Source of the DNA: Squalus acanthias
Taxonomy: Eukaryota
Length of the DNA: 64,000 nt
Direction of reading: 5' to 3'
Assembly: GCA_030390025.1 (NCBI GenBank)
Contig: CM059436.1
Coordinates: forward strand, 38,130,001 to 38,194,000
The notes below the pieces were generated by a model, which was not told the DNA's origin, did no database searches, and worked only from the letters and a program-made list of their open reading frames with translations. The translations under genes and the position numbers were made by a program. This document shows, in pieces, positions 35,010 to 46,565 of this stretch (within the stretch, counting starts at the first letter, position 1; each line of letters starts with the position of its first letter).

Positions 35010-35720
35010 GCCTCTAAGTCCATTCATTTCAACATAGACCCAACAAAGCAGAGAGAGAGAGAGAAAACCATCAACTTCTTCTGAGTGGCTGTATTCTCAC
35101 AAATGCAGGGTAGCCTTGATGCCACCCACATGGCTATAAAGGGCCCATCTGTTTACTAACTTCATAAACAGGAAGGCATTTAATTTCCTGAACATCCAGA
35201 CAGTGAGTGATACTAACCACTTAATTATGCATGTCAATGCATGTTACCCAAGGAGTATCCATGATTACTTTGTCTCAGACAATCCTTGATTCCTCAACTG
35301 CTCAGCCAGAGCGATGTGACAGGTTGGCTGATAGGAGACCAGGGAAAGCCACTTCAGCCTTGACTGATGATATCTCTTTGCACTCCAAGGACTGAGACTA
35401 AAAACAGGCTCAATGAATGGGTGTTATCAGATTAATGTGGAACAAACCATTGGAAGTGACTGGACAGGTCCAGGAGAGCCCTGCAGTATAGTCCAGCAAG
35501 AGTTTCTAGAATTGTAGTTTGCTGCATCCTCCATAATTTGGCCATTAGCAAGGGTTTCTGTCTTCTAAGCACAGAATGTGAAGAGGAAGATAGTGGTGGA
35601 GATGAATCCTTTGCTCATGATGAAGAAGTCCAGAAGAGAGAGAGAAAGTGAGTCCAGGCACCCAACTGCAAGCAACACAAATCATTAGGCAAATGATCAT
35701 CATCAGCTTCGACCAATAAA
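35010..35720 (+). pseudogene. HARBI1-like transposase, 3' part
   Basis: SKSIHFNID..QMQGSLDATHMAIKGP..INRKAF..HVNACYPRSIHD..GWLIGDQG..LQYSPARVSRIV..CILHNLA; joins 30258 in frame once the provirus is removed. Confidence 0.85.
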
Positions 35721-38700
35721 GCTCTTCACTATCCTCTGTCTTGCTCTTAGACAACCATTCAGCCAATCTATAATACCTTTAATAGCCTCTTTGCATTAGA
35801 GCATTAATTACCATATAAGAGAAATAACAGGAGGCCTCCCTGGAAAAAATAAGCAAATACACCAAATTTCTAGAAATATACATGTTTACTAACATCTTGT
35901 CCCTTCATTCTACTCCTACATCTTATCACTATGATTAACTCTTGTGCGGAAAACTCTTTGCACGCATGATCCTAAATTCTTACCCCTACGTGGAGCTACC
36001 TCAATGTCAGGAGGTTCTGAGATTTGTGGCTGGGACTATACTGATGGAGCCCTCAAGGACTGAGATAGCACTCATCTCAGTGAAGATGATGCCCTTGAAA
36101 GACTCTGCTCTGGTGTCATGTCGCTTGTGCATCCAATGCCTACTAGGTGCAGTAGACATTGATGCAGGTGCATTGCCACTGCTATGAGAATTAGCTAGAT
36201 CTACTTCCACTCCTTATAGCCCACTGGTGCTGGGCACAGGCTCAGTTGGACTAATGATCTGCATGAGAGCAGGTTGAACAGTCCTTAAAGACTTGAGCTA
36301 GAGTGCTCTTCAGGCCATCTATGGAAGCAGTCATTGTTACCACTCAGGAAGGAACACCTGCCCTTAAAGCCTCTTTCTAACATTTTGAAATTTAATTCAT
36401 CCCTTGGACTGCCACAATCACCAGGGTGTTCCTCACATCATAGCAAACCTGCTGCATTATATTGTAGATGTGGGTTATGGTCTCTTTCAATTTTTTCACC
36501 ATCTGCATCAAATGAGAGGAGACTGATTCCGCTGTCAGCACATGAGATCTATGCTCTCAAATTTTTTATAGACTGGGTCCCTGAGATCTTGGTCTTCAGG
36601 CCCCTCTGCTGAGGGCAGCCATTTCTGCCCCCTCAAGAGAGAGACAGCTGTTTCCTCATCATTTCCTCCTCGTTCCTCCTGTTCACTGGTGCTCTGTAAT
36701 GTATCCAGTGATGTCGCAGTAATGCCCTCTACCTGAGTGGGTTTATTTGGCCTGATGCTTGAGTAAGTAAGGTGACATGATGGAGTGGGTGAATCAGGTG
36801 GAGGAAGGATTCCTTCGGAGCTGTCAGGCCACTCGTCAGATAATTTTTTCTGCAATTGTTCAGCCTCTATGAGAGACACAAGTGACATTTATATCAGGAA
36901 TCTTTTTCTCTCTGTGCTCCAAAGGAAGCCATGCCAGGACCCACTATATCTAGACCTCATGGGGCCTATATTTAGAAGAATTATGGATTCTGAACATTGA
37001 GCATTAGCTGATTCATTGGGGACAGTATCAAGCAAAATGCTACAGTGGGTTGCTTAGGAGTCCACAAGCTGCATGTGTGCAGCTTTGCATGACAATTTTG
37101 CAAAACTGCAATCCACCATGGACATATGCAGCAAATCGCCCATATCACTTGCACATGGCTCTCCTATTGATGTAGAGGCTTGTGGTTCCAAAATGGAATG
37201 AACTTTTTCTTTAAGCCTTGATAGGCTTGGTGATTGATTGGAGAGAACCATCAGCCAGAGCTTTACTGATGTCATTGGTGCCATTAGGTATGTGGTCATG
37301 CCAGTCAATAGCCATAGTGAGGGAATGGCTGCAATAGGCACGAATGATGGCTCTGTTTCGCAGAATGGCAACACATCTGGATCCTCTGCCAAACCTCCTC
37401 TGATGCCAGAAAGTGCACAGGACGAGGCTGATCATGCAGTTGCGGAACTGGTGACGTCTGCAGCTGGCCCAGCTCAGGGCAGAGTGGTAAACGGCCACCC
37501 CGATCTCAAGAGTCTTTGTGAGCACACGGCCACCAGCAATTTTGCATTCCCGTGCCCCTGAGATAGCACCTAGATGAAGCAGCAGATTAGGTTTAAAAGG
37601 ACCTTTGCCATGCACTGTCATCAAGGAGAAGCACCAGAGAACCAAATAGTAGGCACTCACACGCATCACATGTAGGATTATTAACAAAGTTGGTTACACT
37701 GTCTATAATCCCCTGGACTGTTGAAAATCCTGCTCCCTCTATAAAATCTCACAGCCCTCTCATACTACTGCCAGTTGTCCATCGGGTGAAAAATAGAAAG
37801 AAAAAGAAACTGCAGACTTCAGGCAGGGCTCCTTAAAAGCACTTTAGTCATCAGCTCAGGCCCTAGTAATGTCCATTTAAATCAGCGGCTAAATGAGTCA
37901 GCGATAACCCGATGGGAACACCAGGAAATTGCATGAAAGATGTTAATATGTCATTCGGGGGTCATTAACATATCGAAACATCAAGCTGGAAGGTGCCAGA
38001 AGGAAATGCCACCAGAGGATGTGTATTTGCAAATAGACATGTCTCCACCTAGTTTCTAATCTATTTTGTCCAATTTATGTCCATTTTTCAGGCAACTGAT
38101 TAGGGAATCTAGGTTTGCGTGTCAACAGACTGCTTCACTCTGGGGACATCACAGCTGAGCCTGAACTCATTCTCAGCCAATTACTGCACATGTATAGTTT
38201 CCGGCATCAGTTATTGGCTGGAGATCAGAAGCAGCAATTGAGGCTGAATTCTTTTCACCTCCTTAGCCCAGAAGTATAAGGCCAATTTTAGAGCTCATAC
38301 CACTGCCTAAACTGACTGAAGGATAGGGGGGTTAATTGCCAGTTTTTCTTCAGGCATTCAGCGAGTTAATTCAAACGGAGTTCTGTTTGTAGTTTAGCTC
38401 GTAGCTCATTCCTTCTCTTTGATCCCAATGTAGATCGGCTAAGATATCCCAAGTTACAATTCAATATTCTATAGATTCAACTGTACATTTCAAAAACGGC
38501 AAATGGAAGAAGCGGGAGCATGACCTAAAAACCACATACAAAAAAACAAAGGGAGAAGCTACATTTTCTTCATCAAGAGCTGGAACGTTTAGAATATGAA
38601 GCAGCACAATGGGGCCCACCGTCAGTTGGTGTATTTTATTACTGTCTGCATTTAGTAAAAATTAAATATCCTGAGAGAGATGGACACAGTCGCTTGTTAT

Positions 38701-38964
38701 TGTGGCAAGGACTAATTGAATCACACCTGGTAAGGTGCATTAGAAACTTCTAAACTTCAAACACTGATTTTGGAACAGATCGTTTTCACCTGCTCCACCT
38801 GCTGGAGCTTGATTTTTCTATTATCTTTGATGTCTGGCGCTTTAATAAGAGTCAGATCTGTTGCTTTTCTTTTCTTGTAAATTATAATGTCTAAAATTGT
38901 ACTTTGCACTATCAAGGTTTCTGTTAGCATCTTGAAGAAAGAACTTGTATTGATAGAGTCCCTT

Positions 38965-39200
38965 ATCACATCTCTCTGAAAGAGCCCAGATCACTTCAAA
39001 TACAATGAATTACAGTCACTTTTGCTATGTAGGTGAGTGTGGCAGCCATTTTGTACAAAGTAATATCCCAAAAATAGTCATGAAATGAAGGACCGGTTAA
39101 TCTGTTTTTGTGATGCTGGTTGAGGAAAGAATGTTGGACAAGATGCTGGGAAAACTCCCTGTTTTTTTTTTAAATAGTGCCATGGGAACTTCAGAACAGG
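38965..39200 (-). mobile_element. Deu-SINE partial copy
   Basis: ggttgaggaaagaatgttgg..aatagtgccatggga is the reverse complement of the SINE core. Confidence 0.55.
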
Positions 39201-39499
39201 ATTTTTGACTTGAATTACACCGACCTCCCAGAATTTTCCTCCAATGAAATGTGCTGGAAAATTCTCCAGGAGCTGCTCCACCAGTTCCCTGTTTCCCTTT
39301 TGGAATCCCTCTGTTCATATCGCATGTGCACCAGGGCTACTTCAGTATTAGACCACTAATTGGGTTATTAGCATAATTTCAATAATCCTCTCTGCATAGT
39401 TTTCGTGAGCACCGTGAGCATTGCTACATCTGTTGCGAGTGCAGCACCTACTAAAGGCTGCTGTACTCTTAAAGCCAGCCTGATTTCAAGACCAAAACT

Positions 39500-39715
39500 A
39501 TTCTCTTCAGTAAGGAGTGCCTGGAGGTCTTATTAGAGCAGGAGAGCCCTGAGAAAAGTGGCACTATTTGGGGCAGAGGGAAATCCTTCAAATAGAGCCA
39601 GGATACAAGCAAGCAAGGCAAGAGGTGGCCAATCATGTCAACGCTTTCTCCTCAGTGCATCAGTCATGGGACCAAATGAGAAAAAAGTTCTCAGCGCTGA
39701 GGAAGAGTGCCAAGG
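39500..39715 (+). pseudogene. Harbinger Myb/SANT exon remnant
   Basis: QEVANHVNAFSSVHQSWDQMRKKFSALRKSAK. Confidence 0.6.
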
Positions 39716-40259
39716 CGGGGAACATTAATGGGGCCCACTTAAAAGAAGGGGAGGCCTGCAAGATGCACACACCAAATACTCAGCCCACAATATGCTGCCA
39801 CATCTGCAATGCAGTCTGCAAATCACTGGCCCTGCCTCACACTTCTTAAACCTAAATATTTGCAGAAGCACTTCCAACTGGATAGCTGCCAAAGGCATAA
39901 GTTTTCTTTCACTCACACAACTCTGACATATTGTCTCACAACTCGCTACATGGTTGCTAGAATCACTTGCATGCTCTCTGCTCATCCTTTCACACCAGGT
40001 GTAATGCAGTCTGCTTATTCGGTTGCTCCTCCTGTTACCTCCTAAAGGGTCTTTGTTTCTCTTTTGAAAGTAGAACGCTGTGCATAACCATCAACAGCCA
40101 GTCTGCGACACCTCATCTGGTACAAGGAGCAGGCCCTCCAAATAATTGCTGTGTAGGCCATTGAGGGAATGAGCGAAGGTGAGATTGATGGCTTTGTGTC
40201 TGTCAACAGGGTAAGGGTTTGCTTTAAATTCCTCCTCTTGTTAGCACCTAGAACTCACT

Positions 40260-41270
40260 GGGGTCGATTTTGACTGCCTTTGCCTGGCGTTACCGTTAAT
40301 GGCCTCAAAATAGAGTCAGTAGTCTTACCATCTCATTGACATTGGCAACGCGGCTGGCTCCATTTTGAAAGGGGCCTACCACCAGGTGTCCAAAGCGCCC
40401 ATCTGTTTCAGGTGAAAGGCCCATTTTAATATGGAAATCGGGATCCTATGACATAAATAGGACCTTGATTGCCATTTTAGGTCGGAACTGGTGCAGTCTC
40501 CGACCAATTCCACAGGCGCTGGAACCGTAAAGGCCCACCAAAGGTAAGTGTTGAATTATTTTTGTGGACCACAGAGGATCAGAATTACACAAGCACATAA
40601 GAATGTGTACTGCATGAATTTTGGGAATGTTCTGCTCCATTAGGTACATACTCATTTTTAAGGCAACCATAGAGAAGCAGTTCAAGATGTCATGACATCC
40701 CGCAGGTCAAGAGTCCCAAGAGCTTAAGCAAAACCAATGTTAGGAACAGAACCTAAGTGCAGAGGCTCCAGTTTTTCAGATGGAAGTGTTGCTGCATGAG
40801 ATGAGGGCGTTGAAAGAATGATTCTTGGGTGGTTATAGAAGAAATCCAGGGAAGCGAGTGGGCATGAGTCATGTAGAGAGGTCACAGTGGCTGCGAGTGG
40901 CACCTCAGCTACCCCCAGGATGGCTATCCACTGCCGTAACAAGTTCAATGATCTGTCAAGGGGGGGAAAGTAAGACGACTGCCCCTGCCTTTATTCACTG
41001 TGGCACCATGGATCACTGTCCACTCCTCACCTTCACATTTTTAATGGACTGCAACATAGTGATGCAGCAAGCAGCTTGTTTCTCTTGCATTCTCACTCTT
41101 CCACCTGGTATCTGTGCATGGATCTCACTTTACAAACCTCAACTTTGAATTTGACACTTTGACTAACGCAATCAATCATTCTGAACTGGGTAAAGCAACC
41201 ATTTAAAAGATAAAGCTGCCCATGACAATGCTGGATGCCAGGGATGCTTTGATATTATTTGTGTTCAGTT
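40260..41270 (+). mobile_element. Degraded Harbinger fragment
   Basis: Terminus ggggtcgattttgac, similarity to the 13973 copy, Myb remnant ..HCRNKFNDLSR followed by a gtaag donor near 40970. Confidence 0.5.
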
Positions 41271-41299
41271 TTAGTAAGGCACAAATGATGAGAAATATA

Positions 41300-42020
41300 T
41301 TGGGCATCATGGTACATCAGTCACTGAAGGTGGGAATGCAAGTGCAGCAGGCAGTCAAGAAAGCAAACGGAATGATGGCCTTCATAGTAAGGGGATTTGA
41401 GTACAGGAGTAGGGAGGTGATGCTGCAGTTGTACAGGGCCTTGGTGAGGCCACACCTGGAGTATTGTGCGCAGTTTTGGTCTCCTAACTTAAGGAAGGAC
41501 ATTCTTGCTATTGAGGGAGTGCAGCGAAGGTTCACTAGATTGATTCCTGGGATGGCCGGTCTGACATATCAAGAAAGATTGGGTCAACTGAACTTGTATC
41601 CTCTGGAGTTCAGAAGAATGAGGGGGGATCTTATAGAGACATTTAAAATCCTGACTGGTTTAGACAAATTAGATGCGGGCAGAATGTTCCCAATGTTAGG
41701 GAAAACTAGAACCAGGGGTCACAGTCTAAGGATTAAGGGGAAGCCATTTAAGACTGAGCTGAGGAGGAACTTCTTCACCCAGAGAGTGGTGAATCTATGG
41801 AATTCTCTTCCACAGAAGGTTGTTGAGGCCAGTTCGCTAAATATATTCAAAAGGGAGTTAGATATAACACTCACAACTAGGGGGATCAAGGGGTATGGCG
41901 AGAAAGCAGGAATGGGGTACTGAGGTAGCATGTTCAGCCATGAACGCATTGAATGGTGGTGCAGGCTCGAAGGACCAAATGGTCTACTCCTGTACCTATT
42001 TTCTATGTTTCTATGTTTCT
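41300..42020 (+). mobile_element. CR1 LINE 3' fragment
   Basis: ORF 41222-41923 VHQSLKVGMQVQQAVKKANG..LEYCAQFWSP..; (ttctatgt)n tail. Confidence 0.93.
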
Positions 42021-45000
42021 ATATTCTTGTCATTTGCATCTTCTTGAAGTATGCTGGGCATTGTTTGGGCAGACATCGATATGCCGGATGTCACTTTTTG
42101 ATGGAAAACCCCAGAAGTGCCATCAGGTGGCATGGAGCTGGCAGAACATCTCCCATCCAATCTTCCTCCCAAACCTATCCAGGTTACAACAACACAATTG
42201 ATAGCAAAGTGATTGATTTAGTCAAAGTGGTTTACTTGTGTAAACAAAAAGAAATTTGGCCTTATGTTTTTTATCTGCTGTCAAGGGTTCGCATGGAGAG
42301 GCATTCTCTGAATAACACACTGCTATCATGTTTATTAGGTCACTTCAATTTGTCTTTCACTTATGGGGTTAAAATAATGTTGGAAGAGTCACATCCAAGC
42401 GGAGCAGTTCCATTGGTATTCTTGACCTATTAAAAGCTAATCTAAAATAAACCTTTCTCAAATTTTCTGGTGAATTTATTAATTTCCCAGTCGCAGTAAT
42501 TTTTATCAGCAGTAGCCAGCTAATGAGCAATTACAGAACATGAAAAGGAACCTTAGGAGCTGAACATAAGTTTTTTTTTAAAGTAATAAATTTGAAAAGA
42601 TATAACTCGTTAAATAAAATGAAAGTCAGCAGGAAAATATATTTTTGGAGCCAATATAATTGCATACTAAAAATGAGCATTTAACTGTTGCGGTTTTGAA
42701 TTAAGCACCAAATGTCCAAACTGTTAAGACAAGCATCTAAACTTCAAAATAGTCACGCCTACATCTTAAATCAAAGATTTGGTAAATATTTCAAAGCCCA
42801 CAGCAGAAAAAAAGCCTTTAGAAGCACAATGATAAAAGGAAGAGACAATTTGCAAATAAAGATTGGCCAATGTAATTAGCACATTTTCCATTTGAAGTCC
42901 ACAGTGGGTATGGGGCAAGGATTGGAATGCAATATGAAACATCTCTTCCATTTTTTTCAAATATAAATGAATTATTTTTGTCTTAAGAACCCAACATTAA
43001 CAAAAAGCTAGTCACAGCCTTCTAACTCCTCAGTCTGTAAGCTATATGATGTGGAAGGCAAAATAGCATCTGCCTGGTAGATTCATCACTAGAACACAGT
43101 AATCACAAAGACATAAAAAGTGACAGGCATACAGGATATACATGGGTTCTGATCTGATATCCAATTGAAACAATGAGTAGATCTGACTACATAACACACA
43201 GTCCAAGATTTTGACACCATTTAAGCATAGAAACATAGAAGAAAGGAGCAGGAGTAGGCCATTCGGCCCCTCGAGCCTACTCCGCCATTCAATGCGATCA
43301 TGGCTGATCATCCAAATTCAGTACCCTGTCCCTGCTTTCTCCCCATATCCCTTGATCCCCTTAGCCTTAAGAAATATATCTAACTCCTTCTTGAATATAT
43401 TTAATGAATTGGCCTCAACTGCCTTCTGTGGTAGAGAATTCCACAGGTTCACCACTCTCTGGGTGAAGAAATTCCTCCTTATCTCAGTCCTAAATGGCTT
43501 ACCCCTCTATCCTTAGACTGTGACCCCTGATTCTGGACTCCCCCGCCATCGGGAACAGCCTTCCTGCATCTAATCTGTCTAGTCCTGTTAGAATTTTATA
43601 AGTTTCAATGAGATCCCCTCTCATTCTTCTAAACTCTAGCGAATATAAGCCTAATCGACCCAATCTCTCTTCATACGTCATTCCTGACATCCCAGGTATC
43701 AGTCTGGTGAATCTTGGCTGCACTCCCTCCATGGCAAGAACATCCTTCCTCAGATAAGGTGACTAAAACTGCACACAATACTCAAGGCCCTGTACAACTG
43801 CAGCAAGACATCCTTGCTCCTGTACTCGAATCCTCTCGCTATGAAAGCCAACATACCATTTGCCTTCTTAACCGCCTGCTGCACCTGCATGCTTACCTTC
43901 AGTGACTGGTGCACAAGGACACCCAGGTCTCGTTGCACTTCCCCTTTTCCCAATCTATTGCCGCTCAGATAATAATCTGCCTTCCTGTTTTTGCCACCAA
44001 AGTGCATAACCTCGCATTTATCCACATTATACTGCATCTGCCATGCATCTGCCCAATCACCCAACCTGTCCAAATCATCCTGGAGTTTCTCTGCATCCTC
44101 CTCACAGCACACACGCCCACCCAGCTTTGTGTCGTCTGCAAACTTGGAGATATTACATCTAGTTCCCTCGTCTAGATCATTAATATATATTGTGAATAGC
44201 TGGGGTCCTAGCACCGATTCCTGCGGTACCCCACTAGTCACTGCCTGCCACTCGGAAAAAGACCCATTTATTCCAACTCCTTGCTTCCTGTCTGCCAACC
44301 AGTTTTCTATCCAAGTCAGTACCTTACCCCCAATCCCATGTGCTTTAACTTTGCACGCTAATCTCTTATGCGGAACCTTATCGAAAGCCTTCTGAAAGTC
44401 CAAATACACCACATCCACTGGTTCTCCCTTATCTATTCTACCAGTTACATCCTCAAAAAATTCCAGTAGATTAGTCAAGCATGATTTACCTTTTGTAAAT
44501 CCATGTTGACTTTGTCCGATCCTGTCACTGTTTTCCAAGTGATCTGCTATTACATCTTTTATAATGGACTCTAGCATATTCCCCACTACCGATGTCAGGC
44601 TTACCGGTCTATAATTCCCCGTTTTCTCTCTACCACCTTTTTTAAATAGTGGGGTTACATTAGCTACCCTCCAATCCATGGGAACTGTTCCAGAGTCCAT
44701 AGAATTTTGGAAGATGACCAGCAATGCATCTACTATTTCTAGGGCCACTTCCTTAAGTACCCTAGGATGTAGATTATCAGGCCCTGGGGATTTATCGGCC
44801 TTCAGTCCCTTTAATTTCCCTAACACCATTTCCCTACAAATACTGATTTCATTCAGTTCCTCTCTCTCATTAGACCCTATGTTCTCCGACATCTCTGGGA
44901 GGTTATTTGTGTCCTCCTTTGTGAAGACAGAACCAAAGTATGTATTTAATTGGTCTGCCATTTCTTTGTTCCCCATTATAAATTCCCCTGATTCTGACTG

Positions 45001-45103
45001 CAAGGGACCTATGCTTGACTTCACCAATTTTTTCTCTTCACATATCTATAGAATCTTTTACAGTCAGTTTTTATGTTCCCTGCAAGCTTACTCTCATACT
45101 CTA

Positions 45104-45330
45104 TGATGTAAGAAAACTACTAGGCACTTGGTCTAAGCATTAAACAAAGCTTTAATCAACTGTTTTACAACATGGAGGTCTAGTTGTGTCCTTCACTTGT
45201 TCCTGTTAAGAATGTCCTGCGCAAGCTGGGCCCGTGCCCGAGTATTTATACTCTCCCTGGACAGCGCCACCCGCAGGCCACTCAGTATTATTTCATAAGT
45301 CTTTCTTTCATGAATGACAGATTCATGTCA
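45104..45330 (-). mobile_element. Solo LTR, 227 bp
   Basis: TGATGT...ATGTCA ends; 5-bp TSD ctcta/ctcga; minus-strand TATAAA (~45245-45250) and ATTAAA (45151-45156); removal restores the CR1 sequence. Confidence 0.78.
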
Positions 45331-46565
45331 CTCGATTTTCCCCCTCTTAATTAATCCCTTTGTCCTCCTTTGCTGAATCCTAAACTGCTCCCAATCCTCA
45401 GGTTTGCTGCTTTTTCTGGCCAATTTATATGTCCTCTCCTTGGATCTTATGCTATCTCTAATTTCCCTTGTTAGCCACGGTTGAGTCACCTTTTTTGTTT
45501 TATTTTTATGCCAAACAGGGATGAACAAATTCTGTAGTTCATCCATGCGATCTTTAAATGTTTGCTATTGCCTATCCACTGTCAACCCTTTAAGTAACAT
45601 TTCCCAATCCATCCTAGCCAACTCGCGCCTCATACCATCGTAGTTTCCTTTATTTAAATTCAGTACCCTACTCTCTGAGTCAACTACTACTTCACTCTCC
45701 ATCTTAATGAAGAATTCTATCATATTATGATCGCTCCTCCCCAAGGGGGCTCGCACAACAAGATTGCTAATTAATCCTTTCTCATTACATAATACCCAGT
45801 CTAAGATGGCCTGATCTCTAGTTGGTTCCTTGACATATTGGTCCAGGAAACCATCCCGTATACACTCTAGGAATTCCTTTTCCACAGAATTGTTTCTAAT
45901 TTGATTAGCCCAATCTATATGTAGATTAAAGTCACCCATGATAACTGCTGTGCCCTTATTGCACGCATCTCTAATTTCCCATTTAATGCCATCCCCAACC
46001 TCAGCATTACTGTTTGGGGGTCTGTATACAACTCCCACTAACGTTTTCTGCCCCTTGGTATTTCTCAGCTCTACCCATACAGATTCCACATCATCAGAGC
46101 TAATATCCTTCCTTACTATTGTGTTAATCTCCTCTTTAACCAGCAATGCTACCCCACCTCCTTTTCCTTTTTGCCTGTCCTTCCTGAATATTGAATACCC
46201 CTGGATGTTGAATTCCCAGCCTTGATCACCCTGGAGCCATGTCTCCGTAATCCCAATTATATCATATCCATTTACATTTATTTGTGCAGCTAATTCATCC
46301 ACCTTATTACAAATGCTCCTCGCATTAAGACACAAAGCCTTCAGGCTTGTTTTTTTAACACTCTTAGACTTTTTAGAATTATTGTTTACTGTGGTCATGT
46401 TTGATTTACACCCTTGATTTCTCTGACTTCCACTTTTGCTTTTCTCATTCCTGTCTTTTGCTTCTATCCTTGCTTCCCTTTCCTCTGTCTCCCTGCACAG
46501 GTTCCCAACCCCCTGCCATTTTAGTTTAAACCCTCCCCAACAGCACTAGCAAACACTCCCCCGAG

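Larger units (their letters stand above)
29143..38115. mobile_element. Old Harbinger transposon hosting a CR1 fragment and the foamy-like provirus
   Basis: Putative termini ggcctagattttc (29143) and gggaatctagg (~38103-38113); transposase on +, degraded convergent partner gene on - (~35980-36900); boundaries uncertain. Confidence 0.5.

Noticed and set aside
35010-35023. MDLEA start of the 203-aa ORF as the true gag start
   Set aside because: These codons lie outside the provirus, in the TSD and antisense Harbinger sequence
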